Of a stretch of 64,000 nucleotides of DNA, positions 63,524 to 64,000 are shown piece after piece. The stretch is from a virus, in the IMG/VR virus record IMGVR_UViG_3300037089_000424. One strand, written 5' to 3'. Made by a program: the position numbers and the translations under genes. Within the stretch, counting starts at the first letter, position 1, and each line of letters begins with the position of its first letter. The notes beneath the pieces are model-generated. The model searched no databases. It saw nothing but the letters and a program-made list of their open reading frames with translations, and was not told where the DNA came from.

Positions 63524-63988
63524 TCACTTTAGGTTGTCAGTCAGAACGATGCCGACTCCGACACCGTGTTTGTCCTCCACTCGTTTCACAAGGTCTTCAA
63601 TCTTTCTGACTTCTCGCCCTTCTGGTGTTTCTACCTTAGCAGCATCGGCAACAGCTATGCGAACTTCGGTATCTTCGACGTCATCTACATAGAGACGTTC
63701 TCGCACAAGAGACACAACTTCAAAGTGGCCTCTCGGCAAAATTGTTTCTGAAACTCGCACATCCTGATACAGGAGTCCTTTCTCGTGAGCCCAACTGGTC
63801 AACGATGTGACAACTTTTGGCACCAAGTCCAGAATATCCTTGTTTACTTCCAAGACTCTAACAATGACGGCATTCCGCTTGTACAAAATATGCGGGTCTA
63901 GACCAAGGAAGTCTTTTCTCTTTTTCTTCTCGACTCGGAAGAAGACCTTGAGCCTATCATGCTCGTCGATAGTTAGGCTGACCCTCAA
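63524..63988 (-). CDS. hypothetical protein
   Basis: ORF track; head module. Confidence 0.6.
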   Translation of the reverse strand: MRVSLTIDEHDRLKVFFRVEKKKRKDFLGLDPHILYKRNAVIVRVLEVNKDILDLVPKVVTSLTSWAHEKGLLYQDVRVSETILPRGHFEVVSLVRERLYVDDVEDTEVRIAVADAAKVETPEGREVRKIEDLVKRVEDKHGVGVGIVLTDNLK

Positions 63989-64000
63989 GTCTCTTGGATC

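Noticed and set aside
187-63751. Numerous plus-strand ORFs in the track, including Ser-rich 11767..12255 and 58391..58666
   Set aside because: They are antisense shadows of well-supported minus-strand genes, have no recognisable motifs, and their low complexity mirrors Asp/Glu codons
1-64000. Apparent abundance of CTAG/TCTAGA sites, which might reflect restriction resistance from modified DNA
   Set aside because: Not quantified, and many copies are explained by Leu-Asp codons in the HxLD repeats; needs a k-mer observed/expected calculation
1-64000. tRNA or rRNA genes
   Set aside because: No cloverleaf with a GTTCRA T-loop recognised in any intergenic gap; tRNAscan-SE or ARAGORN would confirm

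Overview
This is a 64-kb piece of a large tailed dsDNA bacteriophage genome (Caudoviricetes). Every credible gene is on the minus strand, and the plus-strand ORFs in the track are shadows. In transcription order, from 64000 down to 1, the modules are: (i) head genes, including putative internal head proteins, two signal-peptide Ig/Fn3 proteins, a T4-gp21-like protease/scaffold, a decoration protein and the major capsid protein; (ii) an 8-gene glycan synthesis/methylation cluster inserted between the capsid and neck genes; (iii) neck, tail tube, G/GT chaperones, tape measure, tail tip/fibre proteins and a holin candidate; (iv) replication genes (split SF2 helicase, DnaB-like helicase, primase); (v) small early/middle genes, including FtsK, HU, H1-like, SLOG, SWIM, a sigma factor and candidate structured RNAs; (vi) a thymidine-hypermodification cluster (dUMP hydroxymethylase-like, aGPT-Pplase1, T4-BGT-like glycosyltransferase, UDP-sugar dehydrogenase, radical SAM/SPASM, Ser-less ACP, Nmad-like protein) next to a UDG-fused family A DNA polymerase. 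Portal, terminase, endolysin and a 5-hmU DNA kinase are not visible and probably lie outside the window. I recognised no tRNA, rRNA or CRISPR array. The strongest candidates for new biology are the glycosyl/amino DNA-modification cluster, the virion-glycan cluster, a recurrent R-[FWY]-P-R peptide motif (with a possible +1 frameshift into the sigma gene), a ~560-nt structured RNA, and a 26x HxLD tail repeat. All family calls come from motif recognition by eye; no database searches were run.
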